A stretch of DNA of 64,000 nt, from NCBI GenBank assembly GCA_025059535.1, contig JANXCX010000024.1, positions 23,425 to 87,424 on the forward strand. Direction: 5' to 3'. Below the pieces are notes generated by a model that did no database searches, was not told the origin of the DNA, and saw nothing but the letters and a program-made list of their open reading frames with translations. Source of the stretch: Bacteroidia bacterium (lineage in GTDB: Bacteria > Bacteroidota > Bacteroidia > SpSt-205). The stretch's first letter is position 1. Each line of letters opens with the position of its first letter. The translations under genes and the position numbers were made by a program. Shown piece by piece: positions 38,846 to 47,825 of this stretch.

Positions 38846-38889
38846 TACCCAAAGGTACAATTGCCTTATATTTGTACAAAGTGTGGCCC
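38846..38889. promoter_or_regulatory. Compact divergent promoter region: TAccTTTG (minus strand, for gcvT) and TAtaTTTG (plus strand, for the GT4 gene) flank a perfect palindrome TTTGTACAAA
   Basis: Both -7 consensus motifs (TAnnTTTG) lie within 44 bp. The palindrome 38871..38880 is shared between them. Confidence 0.35.
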
Positions 38890-39924
38890 ATGCTTGAATT
38901 GGGCGTCTTGTTGATAGGTTTTCTCTCTGCGTGGGCATGGAATGAGATTTTCTTACGCTTTGCGAAGCGACTGGGTGCTCTGAGCCAGGGCCTTCCCCAC
39001 CAGCGCCGATGGGATAGCAAGCGTAAGCCGATTATCGGGGGTATAGCCTTTTTTGTAATTGTTTTAGGGCTTGGGGCCTGGCAGCCCAATGGCGTGCCCC
39101 TCAGTCGGGCCTTCCTAGCTGGAGGCACTATCGCTTTCCTGACAGGCCTGGCGGATGACGCCTTTGTTTCCCTCCCCTACATGAAGCTACTAGGCCAAGT
39201 AGGGGCGGCCCTGGCCACGCTTATACTTGGAGGGGCTAAACTGGAAATAGGCCATCCCTTCCTCTCCTTAGTGCTAACCCTTTTCTGGTACGTGGCGGTC
39301 ATGAATGCCCTGAACCTCATGGACAATATGGATGGGGTTGCGGGAAGCCTCACGCTTGTTCTGCTGACGGGATCTTTCTTGCTTCTGGGTAAGAGCGATT
39401 ATTCGCTCCTTTATGCGGCCCTGATAGGAGCGATAGCGGCTTTTCTACTGCGCAACTGGTACCCTTCTCATTTGTATATGGGCGACAATGGAAGCCATTT
39501 TTTAGGGTATGCATTGGCCTATCTGGGTATCCAGCTATGGCATAGTCCACTCCTTAGCCCATGGGTCCCCTGGGAAAAGCTCCTATGGCTTGTCGGTATA
39601 TTTGCGCTCTTAGCGGCGGATACATTTTGGGTGATTATAAGCCGCCTTGTGGAGCAGCGCAGCCCTTTCAGCGGCGGTACGGACCACCTTACTCATCGGT
39701 TAGCCCAGCTTGGCCTCTCTGTACCCCAAATCGCCCTAAGCCTAGCAGGATGCCAAGGGGTTATTATTCTTTTTAGCTTTGCTGGGCTTCGGTGGGGTGA
39801 GTGGGTCTGGCCCGCTTTGGCTATCATAGGCGTCTGCGGTATAAGTGTAGGAGGGGTACATATCTATCTCCTCCGCTCCCTCCGGGCTAAGCCAATAGAG
39901 CGCCGAGCCCCTTCCCCCCCTTGA
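38890..39924 (+). CDS. Glycosyltransferase family 4 (MraY/WecA-like polyprenyl-phosphate N-acetylhexosamine-1-phosphate transferase)
   Basis: Polytopic membrane protein with VMNALNLMDNMDGVAGS (the NxxNxxDGxDGL motif) and a DDxxD-like loop (LADDAFV). Confidence 0.85.
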   Translation: MLELGVLLIGFLSAWAWNEIFLRFAKRLGALSQGLPHQRRWDSKRKPIIGGIAFFVIVLGLGAWQPNGVPLSRAFLAGGTIAFLTGLADDAFVSLPYMKLLGQVGAALATLILGGAKLEIGHPFLSLVLTLFWYVAVMNALNLMDNMDGVAGSLTLVLLTGSFLLLGKSDYSLLYAALIGAIAAFLLRNWYPSHLYMGDNGSHFLGYALAYLGIQLWHSPLLSPWVPWEKLLWLVGIFALLAADTFWVIISRLVEQRSPFSGGTDHLTHRLAQLGLSVPQIALSLAGCQGVIILFSFAGLRWGEWVWPALAIIGVCGISVGGVHIYLLRSLRAKPIERRAPSPP

Positions 39925-41087
39925 GGCTACTGTACTGGCAGTACTTTTTTACCCCGCCAGGCGGCTGGGGTAATCGTCGTAGTTATGACTTTCTACGGCT
40001 GTGGCGCCAAAGGCATGAAGTATGGATCTTAGCTGGCGGTACTTACTTCCCCCCAAACCGCTACAAGCGCCGTGCCTTCCGCTCTCCTGAGGGAATTCCG
40101 ATTGTATGGCTACCGGCCCCCTACCACCAACGGCTTGGCCTACTGAGCCGCCTAATAGGCTTTCTGCGATTTACCTTCTGGGGTCTTTACATTTTGTGGC
40201 GCCTTCGCCACCGAGGCCTTGGTATCATTGCTACCACGCCGCCGCCTACCCTTCCCCTGGCGGCTTGGGTATGGAAAATAGCCACGGGCCGACCCTATGC
40301 GGTCGAGCTATATGACGCCTGGCCTGAAATTCCCATCAAATTGGGAAAAATACCTCCGCCTTTTAGCTGGATCTTGCGCTGGGTAAGTATAAAGTCCTAT
40401 CGTGAGGCAGCGCTCTGCATAGCTCTCTCCCCCAGCATAGTTCAGCTTTTCTCCAAAGTACCCATGCACCTCAGTTATAATGGTACCCGCCCAGAGCTTT
40501 TTCGCCCGCGCGCTATACCCCCCTTTCTACCTTTCCGAGTCGTATATGCCGGTACTCTCGGCTGGGTAAACGGCGTAGGCTTTCTTTTAGAAGTCGCCCG
40601 CTTTTTGCAAAGTAGCCCGGGTATTGAATTTTGGATTATTGGGGATGGGAAGGAAAAGCCCGCCTTAGCGGCAGCAAGCCAACAGCTGCCCAACGTCAAA
40701 CTCTTTGCCCCTGTCCCTGTAGAAGAGCTCCCCTACTGGCTGTCTCAGACCCATATCGGCGTTTCTTTGGTCCGGCCCATTCAGATACTTGCCAGCAATA
40801 GCGCCAATAAATTTTACGATTACTTAGCGAATGGACTGGTAGTGGGCCTCAACTATGGCGGCTGGCAGGCTGAAGTTTTGCAGAAAAATGGGTGTGGGTT
40901 CAGCGCTACAACACCACAGGACTTTGCAGAGAGGATCTGGTACTACTACTACCAGCGGAGGGAGTGGGCCTATGCGGCTGCACGGGGTCGCCAGCTAGCC
41001 GAGCGCTTCTACGACCGTACGCAGCTGGCCCGCGAAGTGGAAGAGGCCCTGCTCAAAGCCTTTACCGCCTCTCAAGGCAAAAGGTAA
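39921..41087 (+). CDS. Glycosyltransferase, GT-B fold (group 1-like)
   Basis: Overlaps the GT4 gene by 4 bp. The C-terminal half has a GT1-like E-x7-E region (...VVYAGTLGWVNGVGFLLEVA...FWIIGDG...). Confidence 0.6.
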   Translation: MRLLYWQYFFTPPGGWGNRRSYDFLRLWRQRHEVWILAGGTYFPPNRYKRRAFRSPEGIPIVWLPAPYHQRLGLLSRLIGFLRFTFWGLYILWRLRHRGLGIIATTPPPTLPLAAWVWKIATGRPYAVELYDAWPEIPIKLGKIPPPFSWILRWVSIKSYREAALCIALSPSIVQLFSKVPMHLSYNGTRPELFRPRAIPPFLPFRVVYAGTLGWVNGVGFLLEVARFLQSSPGIEFWIIGDGKEKPALAAASQQLPNVKLFAPVPVEELPYWLSQTHIGVSLVRPIQILASNSANKFYDYLANGLVVGLNYGGWQAEVLQKNGCGFSATTPQDFAERIWYYYYQRREWAYAAARGRQLAERFYDRTQLAREVEEALLKAFTASQGKR

Positions 41088-44000
41088 AACAGCCGGCCCG
41101 TATGACCACCCACCTGCCAATGATAGACGCCCTCAGCCAATCCACTAGGTAGCTCATAAACCGCCCCTGCGGCGCGCAGCTCGGTCTCCCATACAAGGCG
41201 CCCCTGCACATCACGCAGTCGCAGGCGCCGATCCCCCAGGTTTTGGCTATATACTACGGTGAAGCGACCAGAAGTAGGATTGGGATAGATAGAAACGCTG
41301 GCCGATCCCGCCAGAAGCAAGGCTGCGGAGCCTTCTACCCGCACCGTCCATTCCTGCGTATGGCTGCAGCCCGTGTTAGGATCACGCCGATGGAGGCGCA
41401 CCCTATAAGACCCCGCCTGCTCAAAGGTGTGCTGAAATGTAGTCCCATTATATGAGACCCAACCATTGGAAGTTTCCACTTCCCAAGACATGACATAGGG
41501 CGCGCCGCTAGTCTCTTGCCCTGTAAGGGTCTGTCCTACTTGCAGATTAAGACCAGGTAGGAATTCAACTACAGCAGGGGCTAGCTCGCGCAGCGTAATT
41601 TCTACTTCATCGTAGCCCCAGCAGCCAGCTTCGTTGCGCGCTAATAGCCAGTAGCGGCCACTTTGCTCGGGATAAAGCACAGCCCCCGTGGTACCCGTTG
41701 ACCAAATAAGCTCCACAGCCCCTGGGACTTCGGCTCGTAGGCTATCCCCCCGACACAGAGCCCGATCGGGGCCTAAATCTACCCGCGGCGCGCTTAGCTG
41801 ACGCCAGCAGAGATACCACTGACGCGCCGCCTGCGCATTTTCCACTAGTTCGCTCAGACTTTGGCCCGCTACCAAAGCTAAGGCTATCGTATCTGTGGCC
41901 CCTGGGGCCATATTTATTCCCTGTACTCCAATCACCTCAAATACATCCCCTACAGTCAGGCTTCTATGACCAGCTTGCCGCAAAACCGCCAGATAGGCTG
42001 ACGCCGTGCCTCGGAAGGTATCCGTCAGGCCTATATGGAAATAGGGCGTATGGGCCGAAAGCAGCACCGCCCCTACAAACCGATTTGAGGCCGAATTGTA
42101 GGTGTAAATGAGGGGGAGGGAGGGCTCTACCCTGCCCCGGTCCTGCGTAGGGTTATCGCCTACATCAAAGTCTAGCCACCAACCCAAAGACAGGTCCGTA
42201 TAACCCGTGGAAGTGGGATTATGCACCCGATACACTATAGCTACGAAGGAATGCGGCAAAATCCGACGAGGGGCATAGGCCTGGGCTTGAATCCGAAGGC
42301 CTTTAGCCCCATGAGTACCGCCCGTATCGGTAAGTTCTACTCGGCCTATCTCGTAGGCCCCTTCCACCTCATGTGCCGCCGGCCCAGTGGGACGAAAGTG
42401 CGCATAAACGCGTCCCGAAGGCCCACGCGTACAGAGATGAGCACTGGTATCATTAGCTAGGTATAGGCCACCTTCTGCTAGCCAGGAGGTAGGCGCTTCG
42501 CCCCACCGAACACCCCGCCCAATCCGATAGAAGGGCGGATCATAATACCCTATGCGGCCATTCCCACCCAGCGTAGTGCGCAGGTAGGCCGAATCCAAAT
42601 GCACATAGCCCGGATTTAGCCCTTCCACTTCTATAATCTGATAGTCTCGGTACTGCTGCGCCGAACTCTCAAACTGGACCAGTAGGGGAAGGCGCGCATC
42701 TACAGGGCAAGAAGGCTGCACCTCAAGGGAAAAAGGCGCCGCTTGCGTATGGGTTTGAAGGGTGCCTAAGGCATCTATAGTATAGCTTCCGTTTCGCACG
42801 GTTAGGTGAGGCGTAAGGGAGTGCAGAGTGATTTGCAGATTTGTGGCCGGGGAGAGGTAGTTTTTGTAGGTAGGGCGGAGACTGAAGGTCTCCCCAGCGT
42901 GGGGCAGGGAATCAGGCGGGCCGAAGAGCGTCCAACTCTCCACTCGGCAGGCTGGCAGATTAAACGTACGCACGGCTCTTTCTAAGTTAGGTCGGCGACC
43001 TAACCGGTAATGCAGCTGGGAAGGATTATAAGGCTCTAAGGAGTCAGCCGTAACCCGAAGGAGTTCCACTACCTGACGCGCAGAGAGATCCGAGCGCCAG
43101 GCCCGCAGAAGGGCTAACGCCCCAGCCACCTGTGGCGCAGAAAACGAAGTGGGATGACCACCCAAAGTAGGATAGCTATTTCCATGGCCGATGGTCTTGC
43201 CTATACCCGAGCCGGCAAAGTCTATATGGTACCCTATCTGCTGTCCAGCCCACTGATCGGCTAAGGTTACAGAAGTAACCGCGCATACGCCTGGATAAGC
43301 GGCTGGGTAAAAAACAGCCGGCGTATCTGGCGGTACATTCCCCGCTGCGGCCACAATCACCGACCCATAATGCTGCTGGATAGCTGAGATAAATTCCTCA
43401 GCGGCTCGGCTATAAAAGGTAGAGCCCCAGGAGCAGTTAATGACGCTAGCCCCTTTCCGCGCCGCATAGAGGATCCCATCATAAGCTCCATAGAGTATCC
43501 AGCTATTATCTGGCGCAACCTTTACAGGCAGCACGCGACAGTTAAAGGCTGGTGCGGCTATCCCGCGCCCATTATTTGTGGTAGCGCCGGCATACCCTGC
43601 TACCCACGTGCCGTGGCCAGCTGTAGGGGCGCGTGGATCATTGTCAGGCGTGAAAGGGCCGCTCCCACTATACGAAGCTCCCACCACATCCCAACCCCGA
43701 AAATTATCCGTGTAGCCATCCCCATCGTTATCTTGGCCGTCAATAGGATCGGCCCAATTATAGGCTACATTCTCCACAAGGTCTTCATGGTCAAATTGCA
43801 CATCTGTATCCACTATGGCCACTACGACGTTTGTGTCGCCTTGAGTACTGTCCCAGGCGCCCAGAAGTCGGAAGTGGTTTATGGAGTAATTTTCTGGCTG
43901 GACATCGTTGGGGATGAAAGTCAGGCGCTCGGGTTCTAGGAGGGGCCGGGGCAGGGGCTCAGGTTCGGCATAGGCCACGGCTGGATGATGGCCCCATAAC

Positions 44001-44251
44001 TTAGCTACATAGGCCGGCGGAAGGTCGGCCTCGTACTCCAAAAGGTATATGGGATTCTTAAGGGGAAGCTCGGGGAAGCGCAGACGGACCTGACCGCGCA
44101 GCCATTGGCGAAGGGCCTCCAGATCAGCCGGCAGGTGCGCCTTTTCGCCCTCTTCTTGCCACCGAAATAAAATACGTTTAGGCCAAAACTCAGGCTGTCC
44201 CCACAGAAGTCCGAGAAGTAAGGCATACAAGGCAGTCACGCATTTCGTCAT
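41072..44251 (-). CDS. Subtilisin-like serine protease (S8 family) with a T9SS C-terminal sorting domain
   Basis: Catalytic D (VAIVDTDV), H (GHGTWVAGYAG) and S (GHPTSFSAPQVAG). The ~90-aa C-terminus (...YPNPTSGRFTVVYS...VYELPSGLAEGVYHWQVGG...FYLLP) is the por-secretion CTD. 1059 aa with a signal peptide. Confidence 0.85.
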   Translation of the reverse strand: MTKCVTALYALLLGLLWGQPEFWPKRILFRWQEEGEKAHLPADLEALRQWLRGQVRLRFPELPLKNPIYLLEYEADLPPAYVAKLWGHHPAVAYAEPEPLPRPLLEPERLTFIPNDVQPENYSINHFRLLGAWDSTQGDTNVVVAIVDTDVQFDHEDLVENVAYNWADPIDGQDNDGDGYTDNFRGWDVVGASYSGSGPFTPDNDPRAPTAGHGTWVAGYAGATTNNGRGIAAPAFNCRVLPVKVAPDNSWILYGAYDGILYAARKGASVINCSWGSTFYSRAAEEFISAIQQHYGSVIVAAAGNVPPDTPAVFYPAAYPGVCAVTSVTLADQWAGQQIGYHIDFAGSGIGKTIGHGNSYPTLGGHPTSFSAPQVAGALALLRAWRSDLSARQVVELLRVTADSLEPYNPSQLHYRLGRRPNLERAVRTFNLPACRVESWTLFGPPDSLPHAGETFSLRPTYKNYLSPATNLQITLHSLTPHLTVRNGSYTIDALGTLQTHTQAAPFSLEVQPSCPVDARLPLLVQFESSAQQYRDYQIIEVEGLNPGYVHLDSAYLRTTLGGNGRIGYYDPPFYRIGRGVRWGEAPTSWLAEGGLYLANDTSAHLCTRGPSGRVYAHFRPTGPAAHEVEGAYEIGRVELTDTGGTHGAKGLRIQAQAYAPRRILPHSFVAIVYRVHNPTSTGYTDLSLGWWLDFDVGDNPTQDRGRVEPSLPLIYTYNSASNRFVGAVLLSAHTPYFHIGLTDTFRGTASAYLAVLRQAGHRSLTVGDVFEVIGVQGINMAPGATDTIALALVAGQSLSELVENAQAARQWYLCWRQLSAPRVDLGPDRALCRGDSLRAEVPGAVELIWSTGTTGAVLYPEQSGRYWLLARNEAGCWGYDEVEITLRELAPAVVEFLPGLNLQVGQTLTGQETSGAPYVMSWEVETSNGWVSYNGTTFQHTFEQAGSYRVRLHRRDPNTGCSHTQEWTVRVEGSAALLLAGSASVSIYPNPTSGRFTVVYSQNLGDRRLRLRDVQGRLVWETELRAAGAVYELPSGLAEGVYHWQVGGHTGRLFYLLP

Positions 44252-44643
44252 GGCTCAAATATAAGCTCTAGGTCACTGCGCGTGAGCTCGGATAGACTAT
44301 ACATGCTCTCCGAGAATTCTTTACCTTCTCGGCTCATGCGTACAATGATAGTGTCGGCATGCTGGATAGCCATAGCGAAATTACCCTTGTCATCCGTGCG
44401 GGTCTCACCCAGAACGCGGCCAGAAGCTCTGTCCACGAACCATATACGCACGCTTTTCTGAGCTTCCCCTTTAGCACTTACCACTTTACCGCTTATCGTC
44501 TCCATGATCACTACTTCCTCTTGTTCAGGTGCTTGGGTGGCTGGACGGATGGGTGTGCGGCGTACCGGCACATTCGTATGGCTCCTTCCCTCCTCTTGCG
44601 CCCATAAAAGGGGTAGCGCTACGAAAGCCCACATGAGCCGTTT
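44248..44643 (-). CDS. Small secreted protein with a carboxypeptidase-regulatory-like (CarbopepD_reg) beta-sandwich domain
   Basis: Signal peptide MKRLMWAFVALPLLWAQ from the internal Met. ISGKVVSAKGE...VRIWFVD...TRTDDKGNFAM fits the CarbopepD_reg pattern. It overlaps the S8 protease gene by 4 bp. Confidence 0.4.
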   Translation of the reverse strand, partial: KRLMWAFVALPLLWAQEEGRSHTNVPVRRTPIRPATQAPEQEEVVIMETISGKVVSAKGEAQKSVRIWFVDRASGRVLGETRTDDKGNFAMAIQHADTIIVRMSREGKEFSESMYSLSELTRSDLELIFEP

Positions 44644-44670
44644 CATACAGGGGAGAAGGTAACAAAAATC

Positions 44671-46278
44671 TTGCCACAAGCGGCTCAGCTTAGCCTTTCT
44701 ACTTTTGCCCTATTTTTGCTTCAAGTGGATACACTCGTGGCCTTGTCTCTTAGCTTAGTGGCTGTTACGGTGCATCGGGAAGGAGCTATTTATCGCTATA
44801 CAGGCCTACTGCCTGTCCGAAAGGGCTATACGGAAGCGGTATGGTGGGAGCTTCCCCCCACGACCGATCCTGCCACGATTCGCATAAGTCTACTAGGCTC
44901 ATCCTCGGCAACGATTACACAAACGCGTGTGGAGAAGCTCTCGCCGATTCAGCGGCCTGATCCACCCGAAGTAAAAGTCCTACGCCAGCGCATAGATTCG
45001 CTGGAAGGCCTTCTGACACGCCTAAATAACCGCCTGGCCCTACTTCAGCTTCAAGAAAGTACTCTCTCCCAGAATATGCGCCTAGGCGGGGAAGAGAGCC
45101 CTACACACCCCGAAGAGGTGGAAAAATATTTGCTCCTATTAGAGCGCCACCTACCCCGTCTGCAGGAAGAACAGGCCCTAGTCCGAAAACGGCTAACAGC
45201 CCTCCAAGAGACCCTTAAGCACTGGCAGACGCTGTACCAAAACTACCAATCCGCCCGCCTGCAGCAGCGGGCTGTTTTATGGATAACCTGTTGGAGCAGC
45301 CGACCGGAAAATGTTTTACTGCGCGTGGAGCTAAGTGGGCCAAAGGCTGGCTGGGAGCTGCGCTACCGCCTGCGCGCCGTGCCCACCGAAGGCTGGTTGT
45401 ACCTCCAGCGCTGGGCCAGCGTAACCAACGCCAGTGGGGAAGATTGGAAAAATGTCCAGCTAACTCTTTCAACGGGCCAGCCGCAAATCAGCGGTGAACT
45501 GCCCCCTTTCCGACCCTGGTATGTGGATCTCCAGCCACCCATCCCTTGGAGCGAAGAAAGCCTTAGAGCTAAGGCCCTCCTGCACGTTGAGTCCGCCGAA
45601 GAAAAGAGGGGAGCCCCTGAAGAAGGGCCCTCTTCCCCTCCACCCCCTCCCCTCCCCAAAGCCCAGGACCAGATTCTTTCTCGCACCTATGAGCTAGGCA
45701 CCCAGACCCTTCCAGCGGCTTCCACACCCGTCCAATTTTTTCTAAGCACGGATACGCTTCCAGCTCTATTCCGATTTTTTATAAATGCCGCCGCCAGTGA
45801 TAAGGCGTATTTGCGCGCGGCTATTCCCTTAGAGGCTTTAAGGCTGTGGGAAAAAGCCCAAGCCGTCTTAGAAGTAGAGGGCCAAGAGGTAGGTCAGATC
45901 CCCTGGCCCCCTTACATAGAAGAAGACACCACATGGATAAGTTTAGGCTTGACTGAGCGCGTGAGCCTACAACGGCTATGCGTGCAGGACCACCGAGAAA
46001 GTAAGGCTATCTCTAATAAGACCGTACATCGGATGCGCTATCGGCTTCAGCTTGTTTCCAGCTACCCTCAGCCCATTTCGGTCACGCTATGGGATCGCAT
46101 ACCCGTAAGCCGCACCTCAGAAATCCAAGTGGAATTAGAAGAGGACGGCGGTGCTAGGCTAGAGGCGGATTCAGGTCGGCTGCGCTGGGATATTACCCTT
46201 CGGCCTAATGAGACCTGGCAGCGCCATTACACCTTTACCTTGAAGTATCCTAAAGGAAAGCGCGTTTGGGGTCTGTGA
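44671..46278 (+). CDS. DUF4140/DUF4139 (MuiA-like) family protein with a central coiled coil
   Basis: The N-terminal VAVTVHREGAIYRYTGLLPVRKGYTEAVWWELPPTTDPATIRISL resembles DUF4140. The C-terminal ...ISVTLWDRIPVSRTSEIQVEL... resembles DUF4139. A heptad-rich region lies between them. Confidence 0.45.
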   Translation: MPQAAQLSLSTFALFLLQVDTLVALSLSLVAVTVHREGAIYRYTGLLPVRKGYTEAVWWELPPTTDPATIRISLLGSSSATITQTRVEKLSPIQRPDPPEVKVLRQRIDSLEGLLTRLNNRLALLQLQESTLSQNMRLGGEESPTHPEEVEKYLLLLERHLPRLQEEQALVRKRLTALQETLKHWQTLYQNYQSARLQQRAVLWITCWSSRPENVLLRVELSGPKAGWELRYRLRAVPTEGWLYLQRWASVTNASGEDWKNVQLTLSTGQPQISGELPPFRPWYVDLQPPIPWSEESLRAKALLHVESAEEKRGAPEEGPSSPPPPPLPKAQDQILSRTYELGTQTLPAASTPVQFFLSTDTLPALFRFFINAAASDKAYLRAAIPLEALRLWEKAQAVLEVEGQEVGQIPWPPYIEEDTTWISLGLTERVSLQRLCVQDHRESKAISNKTVHRMRYRLQLVSSYPQPISVTLWDRIPVSRTSEIQVELEEDGGARLEADSGRLRWDITLRPNETWQRHYTFTLKYPKGKRVWGL

Positions 46279-47825
46279 GGCGGGTGGCTTTATTGGGCGT
46301 GGGACGCTGGGGCGAAAAGCTCCTGCGCCTTTTGGAAGCCAAGGGGGCTTTGGCCAAAGTCTGGACCCGCACCCCCGCTAATTACCCTGGCTTAATGGCC
46401 TCCTATGCCCATGTCCCATGGACAGCTAATTTGGAAGAGGTATGGAATGATCCCAGCCTTACGGCGGTCTGTATAGCCACACCGGCTGCTACCCACCCTC
46501 AGCTTATCCGCCAAGCTTTAGAAGCAGGAAAAGATGTGTTTTGTGAAAAGCCGCTGGCCTTCTCCGCCAGTGAGCTAAAAGCGCTTATAGCCCTTGCGGA
46601 AAAGCGGGGCCTAATCCTCATGGGCGGACATGTGCTGCATTACCATCCCGCCGTGCTTCTCATCCAAAGCTGGATAAAGGCCGGAAAACTGGGGCGCCTT
46701 TTAGGCCTATGGTCAGAGCGGGCTAGTTTCGGTCGCTTTCCCCTCCAAGAAGATGCCCTGTGGGGGCTAGCCATCCATGATCTAGGCCTATTTTATTTTC
46801 TTCTGGAAAGCGAGCCCGTTAGCAGTGAGATTCGGGCGGAGCGCCACTGGGGCCAAGCCTGGGAGAGCGTGCGGATTGCGTTGCGGTTTAGTTGGGGCGC
46901 AGAAGGGCATATTTTCGCCAGCTGGATAGCGCCCGAACGGCGCCGCCGGCTTAGTGTGATAGGAAGCGAAGGCATGCTCACCTTTAGCGAGGAGGGCGAG
47001 AAGCCCACGCTCGTCTATTATCCCATTCGTACCGTATGGCAGAAGGGCTGGGTAGCTACACCTGCGTTAGAGGGTCAGGAAGTGCTACCCCTGCCAGCCG
47101 TAGAGCCGCTCGCAGCGGAGATAGAAGACTTTCTGCAGGCCTTAGACACGCGCCAGCCGCCCCGCACCGAGGCTAAAGCCCTCCTACCCGCCGTAGCTTT
47201 AGCCGAGCACTTGGCTCGCCAGCTGCAGCCCTCCCCCCTAAATTACTTCGTACACCCCACAGCCCTTATTGATGAGGAGGTAGAAATCGGAGAAGGCACA
47301 AAAATCTGGCACTTCAGCCACGTCCTGCGCGGCAGCCGAATCGGCAAAAACTGCGTCTTAGGCCAAAATGTGGTAGTCGGCCCCTATGTGCGCGTAGGCG
47401 ATAACTGCAAAATTCAGAATAACGTCTCCCTCTACTATGGGGTAGAGCTGGAGGATGGCGTGCTGTGCGGCCCTTCCTGCGTATTCACTAACGACAAGTA
47501 TCCGAGGGCTTTTATAGAACGACGAAATGAGTTTCTCCCCACGCGCGTGCGCCAAGGGGCTACTATCGGCGCGAACGCGACCATTATGTGCGGCGTTACT
47601 ATAGGGCGCTTTGCCATGGTAGGGGCAGGGTCCGTAGTAGTGCATGATGTACCAGATTTTGCGCTGGTATTAGGTAATCCTGCGCGCCTAGTGGGCTGGG
47701 TATGCCGCTGTGGGGAAACTCTCCAAGAATGCGAAGCCGACACCCTATATTACTGTAGCCGCTGCAACCTGCACTACCGCCGCACGCTCAAAGGCCTAGA
47801 AGAAGTTCCCCTTCAGAAGGGGTAG
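46266..47825 (+). CDS. Bifunctional fusion: Gfo/Idh/MocA NAD-dependent oxidoreductase plus left-handed beta-helix (hexapeptide-repeat) N-acetyltransferase (WbpB/WbpD-like)
   Basis: Residues 1-310 have the Rossmann fold VALLGVGRWGEK...CEKPLA.. of the Gfo/Idh/MocA family. Residues 320-519 carry repeated [LIV]G-x-x-x-x hexapeptides (IGEGTKIWHFSHVLRGSRIGKNCVLGQNVVVGPYVRVGDNCKIQNNV...). Confidence 0.75.
   Translation: MGSVRRVALLGVGRWGEKLLRLLEAKGALAKVWTRTPANYPGLMASYAHVPWTANLEEVWNDPSLTAVCIATPAATHPQLIRQALEAGKDVFCEKPLAFSASELKALIALAEKRGLILMGGHVLHYHPAVLLIQSWIKAGKLGRLLGLWSERASFGRFPLQEDALWGLAIHDLGLFYFLLESEPVSSEIRAERHWGQAWESVRIALRFSWGAEGHIFASWIAPERRRRLSVIGSEGMLTFSEEGEKPTLVYYPIRTVWQKGWVATPALEGQEVLPLPAVEPLAAEIEDFLQALDTRQPPRTEAKALLPAVALAEHLARQLQPSPLNYFVHPTALIDEEVEIGEGTKIWHFSHVLRGSRIGKNCVLGQNVVVGPYVRVGDNCKIQNNVSLYYGVELEDGVLCGPSCVFTNDKYPRAFIERRNEFLPTRVRQGATIGANATIMCGVTIGRFAMVGAGSVVVHDVPDFALVLGNPARLVGWVCRCGETLQECEADTLYYCSRCNLHYRRTLKGLEEVPLQKG

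Noticed and set aside
45590-45680. Poly-proline/glycine stretch (GAPEEGPSSPPPPPLPKAQD) that could be mistaken for a separate low-complexity gene, with antisense ORFs 45363..45686 and 45494..45697
   Set aside because: It lies in frame inside the DUF4139 coding sequence as a linker. The overlapping small ORFs are spurious.
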